This document shows positions 17,601-25,559 of a DNA stretch of 64,000 nt, one piece after another (positions within the stretch are counted from its first letter, which is position 1; each line of letters begins with the position of its first letter). Source of the stretch: Planctomycetota bacterium (GTDB taxonomy: Bacteria; Planctomycetota; PLA2; JAEUHO01); NCBI GenBank assembly GCA_965223505.1, contig CBDCWP010000044.1, positions 1-64,000 of the forward strand. The letters run 5' to 3'. Both the position numbers and the translations under genes were made by a program. The notes beneath the pieces were generated by a model. The model did not search any database. It was not told the DNA's origin and saw only the letters and a list, made by a program, of their open reading frames with translations.

Positions 17601-20492
17601 GGTGGCGGCAGCACGCCCGCGGGCGGTGGCGGCAGCACGCCGAGCACCGGCGGCGGCACCGGCGGCGCGACGGCGGGCATTCCCGAGGAACCGGTCGGTG
17701 GCTGGGAGCTCGTCTACTACGAGCGCTCCGACGACACCTTCACGATCACGCGCTACTACGAGAAGTCGCCGTGGCAGGAGCCCGCGGAGCCGCACTGGCT
17801 GATCACGCGCATCGTGTCGGCGCAGCAGGAGTGGCCCTGCTTCCTCGTTCCGATCTCCGTCCAGATCTCGGGCGGCGGCGGTACGCCGGGCTCGGACTAC
17901 CTCGACCCGGCCGTGGGGGAGGAGGAGGAGATCCTCCTGCGCTACGGCGGCGACGGCTGGGGCCGTGTCGCGATCGGCACCGACGCCGGCAGTCAGGCCG
18001 ATCCGAGTGGGACGCAAGATCAGGTCGAGGTCATTCGCTACAGCTCGATCGAGCGTGACCTGGGCGCGCCCGACCTCCTGTTGGTGGCGGACCGCGACCT
18101 CGTCGGCACGATCGGGCACTTCCGGATGGACGACACCCAGACCATGGATCCGAACACGCCGCCGGTGACGACGGATCCGGAGCCGACGCCCGAGCCGGAG
18201 CCGCCGGAGGATCCGCCCACGCCGGAGCCGCCGGGCGAGGATCCCGGCGACCAGCCGCCGAGTCCCGGCGGCGGTGTACCTCCGGGCTTGCGCGAGCCGT
18301 TCGATCCGCCGGACAGCGGCGACTCCCCGGACTCCGGTGGCGGTGGTGAGACGCCCGGCAGCATTCCCGGCGGCGGCGGCGAGACCCCCGACTCGGGTGG
18401 CGGCGGCGAGACGCCCGACTCCGGCGGTGGCGCCGGTGAGGACCCGAACGACGGCGGCGAAGAGCCCGGCACCGGCGACGAGGGTGGCGGCTCCGGCGGC
18501 GGCGGTCCCGCCGAAGGCGACGAAGGCGACAACGAAGAGCCGGATGACGGCGACACCGACGACGGCGGTGGAGGCGGCGAGCCGGTGACGCCCGACGAAG
18601 GCGACAGCGACGGCGGCGACGACGCACCGTCCGCGGGCGGCGGTGTGCCCCCCGGCCTGCGCGAGCCGTTCGACGACCCGAACTCGGGTGGTGGCGAGGA
18701 GCCCCCGCCGGAGACCGAGCCGGTGCCCGACGGTTCGGGTGGCGGTAGCGACGAAGGTGGCGAGGAGGACGGTGACGACGCCGAGCCGCTGCCCGCGCAG
18801 GATGAGGACGAGCTCGAGAACCGCACGGACGAGGTCGGCGATTTCGACTTCAACGTGGCGGGGCCGGAGACGGCGCGTCGCATCCTCAACCACCGCGGCG
18901 TGAACGGCACCTGGGACTGGGACCACATCGGCCCCGGCGGCCCGAGTGATCCGAACGGCCGCGCCGTGCCGTGCTTCCGCGTGTTCGAAGGCCACGGCGG
19001 CCTCGGACGCGCCGCGGGTCGCAACGACCAGATCACGATCGTGGACGGGACCGGCGAGGACGCGGTCCGTTACACGGGAACCGTGCGCTGGGGCGAAAAT
19101 GCCGTGGGCGGCTACTGGGTCTCGTTGACCGACTTCATCGACGCGCGCGTCGCGGCGCCGGAGGACGGCGCCGACGAGCATCGCCTCGATCTGCGCGGTC
19201 GTCCGCGCATCCTGAAGTTCCCTTGCGGCGAGCTTCCGGACGAGATGTCGGACGAGATGGAGTTCGGCCGCAGCACGATCTCCAACAGCGACGTCGTGAC
19301 CGCATTCCTGGACGAGCTCTTCGTCTGGCGTCACGCGATGGGCCCGGTCGGCATCGTGGTCAACTCGGAGGGCGTGACGGAGCAGACGGAGGAGATCGTT
19401 CTCTATCCGCAGGCACCGGCCGAGACCCTCGAGGACATCGCGGGCTACGACAAGGACTGCGGCGTCTTCCTGCTGGACGGCGAGATGATCGTCTACCGCG
19501 GGACGCGCACCGAGGGCGATCGCGCACTGGTCCTGGAACGCTGCATGCGCGGCATGTTCGGGACGAAGGCGACGCTGCACGGTCGCGGCGGCTACGGCCG
19601 GTTCATCACGGATGTGCCGGTGACGTACCTCGAAGGCGATGTGAAGCGCGATGCGAACACCATCCCGGTCGCCCACACGCGCCGTTGGCCGCGTGAGGGC
19701 TGCGCACGGATCGTCGGGCCGGAGACGGTCGAGGTGATCCACTACACGCGCATCTCCGAGCGCGACCTGGTCATGCCCGAGGCGTTGGACTCGGACGAGA
19801 GCAGCCGCGGACGCGGCTTGTTCCGCGGCCGGTTCGGCACCGACGTCATGGACCACGAGCAGGACTCGGTCGTGATCTTCCAGCCGTTCCGTTACTGGGA
19901 CCGGTACACGCCGCGGCGTACGGAAGACGACCAGGCCTTCTCGGGCGTGCACGACCATCCGGAGACGTCGTACCTGGAGCTGGGTACGAAGTACCGCGAC
20001 GCCTTCTGGCACAACGTGCGTTGGGAAGAGAACCTCGACGGCGCGTTGCGCGGCGAGGACCGGCGCGGCCGTTCCCGTCGCGGCGGCGGCGCCGAGACCG
20101 GTTTCCTGGACATGATCGTGCTGGCGCGCTTCAACCCGAACGTGCCGTGGGACACGCAGTACGTGACCGACATGCGCAAGAGCGCGAGTGTCACGTCGAG
20201 CACGGGCATGACGGGTCGTCCATCGGATCAGCTCTATGTGTTCGACGACCCGGAGGAGCTGAACAAGCTCGGCTTCGAGTCGAACACGGCGCAGTTCCGG
20301 ATCTACTACGTGTACAAGCCCAATGCGTTCGTCGGCGTGGACATGCCGCGCGGCAGCGAGGCGGGCTCGGCGGATGACGAGGAGCCGCTGCAGAACGCGT
20401 GGAAGAAGACGCCGTGGCTGCGTTCGTTCACGGTTTCCTACACCAACCGTACCCGTACGGTTGCGAGCTCGGAGGCGGGGCCGGGCCGGTAA
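14607..20492 (+). CDS. Giant (~1961 aa) GspK/PilX-like pseudopilin-anchored extracellular protein
   Basis: Class III signal ERG|VALLMVITVLVTMVIIAVAF; GspK-like VKDANACINVN and ININTAPREVL motifs; LamG-like segment (MSFWWRP...WYHIQISC...LLVDG); acidic Gly/Pro linker. AAGGA RBS upstream. Confidence 0.7.
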   Translation: MHSYGRKTFGRSSERGVALLMVITVLVTMVIIAVAFAPQMDRGRARTEANAARTRADWEADILAGMVRQFLIATHPKHENDMRGKGEAGPYATPDWDTLEEITPGDGFRAKIVDQIRQAWTNDKRLSDRLRRLEARGLSPLNDDRGSIWSVNVKDANACINVNGCSPYLVGAMFGSALLSEEVDTGAGDISVEHVVQSQIPGVPGFNPDGGYIRIGREVIKYERFDGDGFRNCTRGVLQNVPLADNGGATVHLKGTPVIDYTAYKLATHIIAKEPGQLTRFRSLADLTTIAGWGEGGELSPIRLSAVAKFLTVFSRRETAEGFLASQLVTNDLPSNAEDPTTPDVVWVRDQLNETGTTRFFNAGTIARITDGVNTVYQCIAQLGDAKGRQFDRQLELAGPAGGPPSVDGTSAIEFDGGKTTIAAMAPYPININTAPREVLYAVMANLRMRFAKGDDHVVDPKTAWKIAGLIVDNRKGKLQVDLTSRKRSGGPFRNAEDFGRFLEDLVRKSVIGRRQQEALYTNAINPHSATLNFGTAPWCYRTLDVYHIESRVAVNNRAGEQIADAGLFQVVEIGSDEVTAWTLDSQADFEARLAMGSGSKYTASYPYYVQLRNRRTRHMQPAPRPAKHLQSRIYPNTSFEAENDDVGDVRLEPVRMRLPGAVLADHFDGSVYTDGHYTGYSGAYTEKTKGVFRSEKQTYVQPFAMSFWWRPYSSANWTAFDCGMEKFMNRYAVFVTDGAEGQELVFRVCAGTREDRGAEVYVPFERLDYEEGNWYHIQISCTGEDPSTMQLLVDGVDLSKRRGVSTLVAALSEDNTEVQVKSAEGFPRIGALQVGTEIIEYDITSGDSFEECVRGARGTAAQAWPAGTPVRMLGYSLPILQDIMQGGAGLTETLRKWSAGRVYGEEPDSQWADDLTVGEIALGGYAPDTTSITCKLEPLWGQSQDECYEAFGTRGIAVLGCRPIEFEDTGSAGPDEFPAPGGSVPPGARQPSNPSGGGGGSTPAGGGGSTPSTGGGTGGATAGIPEEPVGGWELVYYERSDDTFTITRYYEKSPWQEPAEPHWLITRIVSAQQEWPCFLVPISVQISGGGGTPGSDYLDPAVGEEEEILLRYGGDGWGRVAIGTDAGSQADPSGTQDQVEVIRYSSIERDLGAPDLLLVADRDLVGTIGHFRMDDTQTMDPNTPPVTTDPEPTPEPEPPEDPPTPEPPGEDPGDQPPSPGGGVPPGLREPFDPPDSGDSPDSGGGGETPGSIPGGGGETPDSGGGGETPDSGGGAGEDPNDGGEEPGTGDEGGGSGGGGPAEGDEGDNEEPDDGDTDDGGGGGEPVTPDEGDSDGGDDAPSAGGGVPPGLREPFDDPNSGGGEEPPPETEPVPDGSGGGSDEGGEEDGDDAEPLPAQDEDELENRTDEVGDFDFNVAGPETARRILNHRGVNGTWDWDHIGPGGPSDPNGRAVPCFRVFEGHGGLGRAAGRNDQITIVDGTGEDAVRYTGTVRWGENAVGGYWVSLTDFIDARVAAPEDGADEHRLDLRGRPRILKFPCGELPDEMSDEMEFGRSTISNSDVVTAFLDELFVWRHAMGPVGIVVNSEGVTEQTEEIVLYPQAPAETLEDIAGYDKDCGVFLLDGEMIVYRGTRTEGDRALVLERCMRGMFGTKATLHGRGGYGRFITDVPVTYLEGDVKRDANTIPVAHTRRWPREGCARIVGPETVEVIHYTRISERDLVMPEALDSDESSRGRGLFRGRFGTDVMDHEQDSVVIFQPFRYWDRYTPRRTEDDQAFSGVHDHPETSYLELGTKYRDAFWHNVRWEENLDGALRGEDRRGRSRRGGGAETGFLDMIVLARFNPNVPWDTQYVTDMRKSASVTSSTGMTGRPSDQLYVFDDPEELNKLGFESNTAQFRIYYVYKPNAFVGVDMPRGSEAGSADDEEPLQNAWKKTPWLRSFTVSYTNRTRTVASSEAGPGR

Positions 20493-20526
20493 TTCCCACC
20501 TAACTGGTTCATTCCCGTCTTTCCTT

Positions 20527-20564
20527 CTGAGGGTTCCGGTTTCGGCCGGAACCCTCAGTTCTGT
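20527..20564 (+). terminator. Intrinsic terminator hairpin
   Basis: CTGAGGGTTCCGGT-TTCG-GCCGGAACCCTCAG, a 14-bp stem followed by TTCTGT, about 35 nt after the giant ORF. Confidence 0.75.
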
Positions 20565-20789
20565 GAAGGGGTGCATGGCACCCCTTCCGGGCTCGACTTG
20601 GCTTCGCCAAAATCTCCCCCTAACCCCTCGCGTGGCGTCCGCCTCCGGCGGCCGCGTCCCGCGTGGGCGTGACGGGGTGCATGGCACCTCGTCCTTTTGA
20701 AGGGGTGCATGGCACCCCCTCCGGGCTCGACTTGGCTCCGCCAAGGTCTCGTCCTACTCCCTTCTGTGGCGTCCGCCTGCGGCGTCCGC
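20564..20789. repeat. Two 92-bp direct repeats and three GGTGC-ATG-GCACC palindromes (REP-like)
   Basis: 20564-20655 and 20698-20789 align along their length. A third palindrome, GACGGGGTGCATGGCACCTCGTC, lies at 20671-20693. Confidence 0.85.
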
Positions 20790-20791
20790 AT

Positions 20792-21151
20792 TCAGCGGAA
20801 GCGTTGGATGAGTTTCTCGAGCATGCGGCAGACCTGTGCGGCGAGGTCGAGTGCGGACAGGACGGTTTCTGGTGATGCGAGGCGGCGGATTTCGATGAGT
20901 TCGAGGGCGGCGGCGCATTCGGTGCATTCGGCTTGGGCGATGGTGTAGCGATGGGCTTTGTCGCGGGGGCTGCGTCTTGCGGCGCCTTCGCCGATGTTGA
21001 GCAGCGTCGAGTCGGCGGCGCGTCGGAGTTGGTCGGCGAGTCTGGCGCGGCCGCGTGGAAGGTCGTCGGCGATGTGACCGGCTTCGATTGCGAAGTCGCG
21101 GGCGACTCGATAGACGTGCAGGAAGTGGAATGCGAAGGTGGGGCGGTTCAT
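20792..21151 (-). CDS. Four-helix-bundle protein (23S rRNA IVP / Avd-like family)
   Basis: 119 aa; F..LHVYRVA...LPRG...LADQLRRAADSTLLNIGEG...YTIA.AECTECAAAL family signature. Confidence 0.88.
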   Translation of the reverse strand: MNRPTFAFHFLHVYRVARDFAIEAGHIADDLPRGRARLADQLRRAADSTLLNIGEGAARRSPRDKAHRYTIAQAECTECAAALELIEIRRLASPETVLSALDLAAQVCRMLEKLIQRFR

Positions 21152-21175
21152 GGGGTAGGGGACTCCAGATCGTTT

Positions 21176-21289
21176 CCGCGTGGCGACATGCCGCGCGCGC
21201 CAGCTCTTTGGCGCGGCATGTCGCCACGCGGTTGGGGGGAGGGGCGTGCCGCGCGCGCCAGCTCTTTGGCGCGGCATGTCGCCACGCGG
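21176..21289. repeat. Perfect 21-bp inverted repeat plus a 43-bp tandem duplication
   Basis: CCGCGTGGCGACATGCCGCGC (21176-21196) pairs with 21211-21231. Segment 21189-21231 is repeated exactly at 21247-21289. Confidence 0.9.
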
Positions 21290-21320
21290 GGCGCGTGCCT
21301 CTCTCCCGCTGCACTCGTCC

Positions 21321-21460
21321 GCATCCCCAACCCTTTCCTCATCTCCAACCCCTTGTCCTGTCCTGGACCCCATCCCAATCCCAATCCCATCCCTTTTCCT
21401 GATCCCCACCCCAACCTCTTTCCCCTTCCCCATCCTCCTCCCCTCCCCTCACCCCCGCCT
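21321..21460. repeat. Degenerate hexamer C-rich low-complexity tract
   Basis: ATCCCC/AACCCT/ATCCCA-type units with almost no G on the + strand. Confidence 0.75.
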
Positions 21461-21502
21461 CAAACGCGAAAGAACACGCAGCGCCCGGTAAGATTCCTCC
21501 CC

Positions 21503-22066
21503 ATGGACGCAGTCAGCATTCGCAAAGGCACCGTTTTCAAGCACAAGGGCGACCTGTGGCAGGCCGTCGACGTCACGCATCGCACACCCGGCAACAAACG
21601 CGGGTTCGTGCAGATCAAGATGCGCAACATCGCCAACGGCACCCACATCACCGAGCGCTTCAGCTCCAATGAAGACGTCGAGAGCGCCTGGCTCGACGGT
21701 CGCAAAGCCCAATACCTGTACGACGATCCGACCACCGGGCCCGTCTTCATGGACAGCGAGAACTTCGAGCAGTTCGGTCTCGACCGCGAGCTCCTCGGCA
21801 ACGCCATGGACTTCATCAAGGAGAACGAAGAGGTCGAGGTCACATTCTACGAAGGCAAAGCCATCGGCGTCACCCTGCCCGCCAAGGTCGATCTCGTCAT
21901 CACCGAGACCGAGCCCGCCGTGAAGGGCGACACCGTCAACAGCGTCCAGAAGCCCGCCACCCTCGAGACCGGACTCGTCATCAAGGTTCCGTCCCACATC
22001 AAGGAAGGCGACAAGGTCCGCGTCAGCACGTCGAACGGCGAATTCCAGGAGCGCGTGAACGATTAG
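21503..22066 (+). CDS. efp: Elongation factor P
   Basis: 187 aa; HRTPGNKRGFVQ, QYLY, FMDSENFEQ, EPAVKGDT, KPATLETG motifs. Confidence 0.97.
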   Translation: MDAVSIRKGTVFKHKGDLWQAVDVTHRTPGNKRGFVQIKMRNIANGTHITERFSSNEDVESAWLDGRKAQYLYDDPTTGPVFMDSENFEQFGLDRELLGNAMDFIKENEEVEVTFYEGKAIGVTLPAKVDLVITETEPAVKGDTVNSVQKPATLETGLVIKVPSHIKEGDKVRVSTSNGEFQERVND

Positions 22067-24737
22067 CCAGAGCGCGCCGCTCCTCTCCCGCGGCGCCGCC
22101 GTTCGCACCGAACTCGCGCTGACGCTGCTGCTGCTCGTCTCGGGCGCGGCCGCGCTCATGCACCAGGCGGCTTGGTTCCGCATTCTCGTGCCGATCCTCG
22201 GCGCCGGCGTCCTGCCGGCCGCCGCCGTCTCCGCCGGCGCTCTCTTCGGTCTCGCACTCGGTTCGGTGTGGGGCGGCCGCCGGTCCGACCGCAACGAACG
22301 ACCCGCTCGCACGCTCGCTTCAGCCGAGCTGTTCGCCGCGCTCACGTGCGCCGCGTTCATTCCCGTCACGCGCGTCTTCACGGAGCGTCCGGCGGAGAGC
22401 TCGCTCGGCGCCGACGCCCTGTGGTTGTTGCTCGCCACCGGTGTGTGCGCCGCGGCCGCCGCGCCGATGGGGGCGACGCTGCCCGCCGCGCTGCGCGTAC
22501 GCAGTGCCGCGCCGCGCGCCACCGGCGCCGCGTTTCGACGACTGTACGGATGGAACACGATCGGCGCCGTCGCCGGCGTGCTCGTCGCCGTCGGCTGGCT
22601 GCTCGAGATGCTCGGCAACGTCGACCTGATCGTCGTCGCAGCGCTCATGCAGCTCGCCGTGGCCGTCGGTGCGTTCCTGCTGTTTCGAAGCGCGCGCCGT
22701 CCGGCGCGCAGGCAAGCCGAGCCCGCGCGTGTTCGACCGGGCCTGGCCTGGGCCGCCGCGGTCGCCGGCGCGGCCGGACTCGCCGTGCAGGTGGCCTGGG
22801 TGCGGCGTCTGACGCCGGTCGTCGGCAACACCACCTACGCCTTCGGCACCGTGCTCGGCACCTACCTGATCGCGCTCGCGCTCGGCGTTCTTCTCTTCGG
22901 TCCGCGGCGCGGACGGGGCGGGACGCACGGACCCCTGATCGTCTTGATGCTCGCGGCCGTACCCGTCGCCGTTCTTCCCGAGGCGATCGGTCGGATCGCC
23001 GCATGGACCGGTGGCTACGTGCGTGACAACAACCCTTCGGCAGCCGACCTGCTGTGGATCCGAACGGCGGCTGCCGGGTGCGTCCTCGTGCCGTCCACCT
23101 TGCTCGGGGCCGCTGCGCTGCCGTGGCTCTTGCGCGCGGCGGCGCCCGATCGAACGGAGGCCGGTGGCGAGTCCGGATGGCTGCTCGGCATGAACACGCT
23201 CGGCTCCGGCGTCTGTGCACTGTTGACAGGGCTCCTGTGGTTGCCGGCCGTCGGCTCCGCCGCCGTCCTGCGCGGCGCCGCCGGGTTGTATCTCCTGGCG
23301 GCGTTGCCGTTGATGGGGGGTAAGGAGCGCGTCGCGCTCGCCGCCATCGCGCTCGCCTTGCTCGTCCAACCCGTCGCCGTGCCCCTGGACGACACCGTCA
23401 TGTGGGACAGCGTTGGCGCGACGTTCTCCACGGAGTTCCATCCCGAGGACGCGCCGCGACGGTTTGCGCGCGAAGGGCGCGTCTCGACGGTCGTGGTTCG
23501 CGATCGCGAAGGGCGGCCGGAGCTTTGGGTCGACTCGAAGATCGTCGCGTCGGCGCAGCCGACTGACCGCTTGCACCTCGCCCTCCTCGGTCATCTGCCG
23601 ATGGCGCTGCATCCCGACCCGAAACGCGTCGCCGTGATCGGCCTCGGCACCGGCATCACCGCGCAGGGGGTCGCCTCGTGGCACCCCGACGTGCTCGACA
23701 TCTACGAGCTCGAACCGGCCGTCGAGGAGGCCGCGGCGTTGTTCGTTTCCGAGGGCGGCGGCGTGCCGCCGCGCGCGAACGTGATCCACGGCGACGGTCG
23801 GCGCGCGTTTGCTCGCGACGTGCCGTACGGCGACCTGTACGACGTCGTGACGACCGATCCGATCCACCCTGGTGTCGCCGGCAGCGCGGCCCTCTACTCG
23901 GCCGATCACTACGACGCGATGCGCGACCGTGCTCCAATCGTCTGTCAGTGGCTGCCGCTGTACCAGCTGATGCCGGACGACGTGCGCCTCATCGTGCGCA
24001 CGTTCATCGGCTCGTTCCGCTACGCCTATGCATTCCTGGCGGGCCCCGACGCGGTGTTGATCGGGACGCGCCAGCCGCTTGCGGTGGACGAGGCGGCGCT
24101 GCGCGAGCGCATGTCGTCCCCCGCCGGCGCGAAGCTCGCCGCGTTCGGTCTCGACGCCCCCGGCCGGCTTCTGGGGCTCCTGGTGCGCGGGCCCGAGCAG
24201 CTGCGTTCGTTTGCCGGCAACGGTCCGGTGAACACCGACGACCGGCTCATCCTGGAGTTCAGCGCCGGACGCCACTGGTACGTACAAGAGCAGAAGTTGA
24301 ACGCGAGGCTGCTGCGCATGGGCCGGGCCAACGCACCGTCGCTGCTTCGCGACACGCCGTCCGACGCGTTTCGAGCGGAGCTTCGGCAAGCCAAGCAGTT
24401 CCACGACGGGATGCGGGCGTGGTTGGCGTACGACCGCGAGCGCGCGCTCCACGAATTCGGCGCGCTCGCCCGCGCGCAGCCGCGGAACACGTTCGCGCGG
24501 GGCCTCGCCGACGAGATGACGATCGAGATCGCCGCCGGGATCGTCGAGCACCAGCGGCTCGAAGCGTTCGCGCTCCTCGACGAGCTGCTGCGGCGTCCCG
24601 ACCTCGAGCCGCGCCTGCGGCTCGACGTGGCGCAGATCCTGATCGATGCCGGCGAGACGGCCCGGGGCCAGGCGGTGGCGCGCGCGGTGGCCGCGGAGGC
24701 GGACTGGCCCCGCGCGAAACGACTCTCGGGCCGCTGA
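22062..24737 (+). CDS. Fused MFS-like membrane domain / spermidine synthase-like methyltransferase
   Basis: Multi-TM N-half (SGAAALMHQ, LYGWNTIGAV, AVQVAWVR) then VAVIGLGTGIT, ELEPAV, GDGR, DVVTTDP and NTDDRLILEF. The first ATG (22158) lies inside TM1, so the start is uncertain. Confidence 0.85.
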   Translation: MSQSAPLLSRGAAVRTELALTLLLLVSGAAALMHQAAWFRILVPILGAGVLPAAAVSAGALFGLALGSVWGGRRSDRNERPARTLASAELFAALTCAAFIPVTRVFTERPAESSLGADALWLLLATGVCAAAAAPMGATLPAALRVRSAAPRATGAAFRRLYGWNTIGAVAGVLVAVGWLLEMLGNVDLIVVAALMQLAVAVGAFLLFRSARRPARRQAEPARVRPGLAWAAAVAGAAGLAVQVAWVRRLTPVVGNTTYAFGTVLGTYLIALALGVLLFGPRRGRGGTHGPLIVLMLAAVPVAVLPEAIGRIAAWTGGYVRDNNPSAADLLWIRTAAAGCVLVPSTLLGAAALPWLLRAAAPDRTEAGGESGWLLGMNTLGSGVCALLTGLLWLPAVGSAAVLRGAAGLYLLAALPLMGGKERVALAAIALALLVQPVAVPLDDTVMWDSVGATFSTEFHPEDAPRRFAREGRVSTVVVRDREGRPELWVDSKIVASAQPTDRLHLALLGHLPMALHPDPKRVAVIGLGTGITAQGVASWHPDVLDIYELEPAVEEAAALFVSEGGGVPPRANVIHGDGRRAFARDVPYGDLYDVVTTDPIHPGVAGSAALYSADHYDAMRDRAPIVCQWLPLYQLMPDDVRLIVRTFIGSFRYAYAFLAGPDAVLIGTRQPLAVDEAALRERMSSPAGAKLAAFGLDAPGRLLGLLVRGPEQLRSFAGNGPVNTDDRLILEFSAGRHWYVQEQKLNARLLRMGRANAPSLLRDTPSDAFRAELRQAKQFHDGMRAWLAYDRERALHEFGALARAQPRNTFARGLADEMTIEIAAGIVEHQRLEAFALLDELLRRPDLEPRLRLDVAQILIDAGETARGQAVARAVAAEADWPRAKRLSGR

Positions 24738-24757
24738 GCTATCCTCACGCCGACGAC

Positions 24758-25450
24758 ATGTCCCTCACGAAGCAGCTCATGACCCGGCGCTCCACGCTGA
24801 CGCTCTTCACGGTGCTGCTGCGGCTGTACCGCAAGCTGATCTTCGGCGGGTTCCTCTTCGAGCACGATCGCCGTCTGCACCGCTTCATGCGCACGAGGGA
24901 GCCCGCGCTGTTCGCGGTCTGGCACCAGGACTTCCCGTTCACGCTCGGCTATCTGTCGCGCTGGAACGCACGCCGCAAGACGTACGCGCTGGCCAGCGCA
25001 AGCCGCGACGGCGGACTGGCGACCGCGGCGGCGGTGGGCGTCGGCTTCCAGCGCCCGGTTCGCGGCTCGTCGGCCCGCGGCGGCGCCAAGGCGCTGCTCG
25101 GACTCCACCGGTTGCTGAAGGACGAGCGCGACGCGTCGGTGGTCATCGTCTGCGACGGGCCGCGACCGCCGGCGCGCGAGATGAAGCCGGGCGTCGTGCA
25201 GCTCGCGCAAAAGACCGGCCGTCCGATCTGGTTGGTCCGGACGTCGTACCGGCGCAAGGACGTGCTGCACAAGTCGTGGGCGCGCTTCTTCATTCCGCGG
25301 CCCTGGTCGCGGGCGGTGTGTGTGGCGGACGGCCCGTTCTACGTCCCGCGCGAGCTCGATCGAGACGCGTTCGAGGCGACGCGCAAGGACCTGGAGGACC
25401 GTCTGAACGTGCTCGCCGACCGCGCCGACGCGCGCATCGAACGGATGTAA
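24758..25450 (+). CDS. DUF374 / lysophospholipid acyltransferase-family protein
   Basis: AVWHQ, ASASRDG, VRGSSARGG, DGPRPP and SWARFFIPRPW motifs. Confidence 0.88.
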   Translation: MSLTKQLMTRRSTLTLFTVLLRLYRKLIFGGFLFEHDRRLHRFMRTREPALFAVWHQDFPFTLGYLSRWNARRKTYALASASRDGGLATAAAVGVGFQRPVRGSSARGGAKALLGLHRLLKDERDASVVIVCDGPRPPAREMKPGVVQLAQKTGRPIWLVRTSYRRKDVLHKSWARFFIPRPWSRAVCVADGPFYVPRELDRDAFEATRKDLEDRLNVLADRADARIERM

Positions 25451-25534
25451 GGGCAGCACTTGTGGCTGCCCAATGGGGGCGTGTTGTAGGGGCAGCCCTT
25501 GTGGCTGCCCAATTGGGCGACCACATGGGTCGCC
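25447..25534. repeat. GTAG-type REP cluster (3 copies; third is interrupted by the IS)
   Basis: GTAAGGGCAGCACTTGTGGCTGCCC at 25447-25471; GTAGGGGCAGCCCTTGTGGCTGCCC at 25486-25510; inverted copy GGGCGACCACATGGGTCGCC at 25515-25534 completed by CCTAC at 26896-26900. Confidence 0.9.
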
Positions 25535-25559
25535 GGTTTAGGGAATGGCAAGCCCTTTT

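Noticed and set aside
13980..20744. Long minus-strand ORFs (985 and 1136 aa) and similar antisense ORFs elsewhere (e.g. 50379-53765, 58173-61232)
   Set aside because: These are shadow ORFs of high-GC coding genes on the opposite strand and have no family motifs.
20564..20789. CRISPR array or attC cassette sites
   Set aside because: Only three palindromes with irregular spacing and duplicated intervening sequence; no cas or integrase gene.
20792..21151. Diversity-generating retroelement (Avd-like gene)
   Set aside because: No reverse transcriptase and no TR/VR pair differing at adenines were seen in the window.
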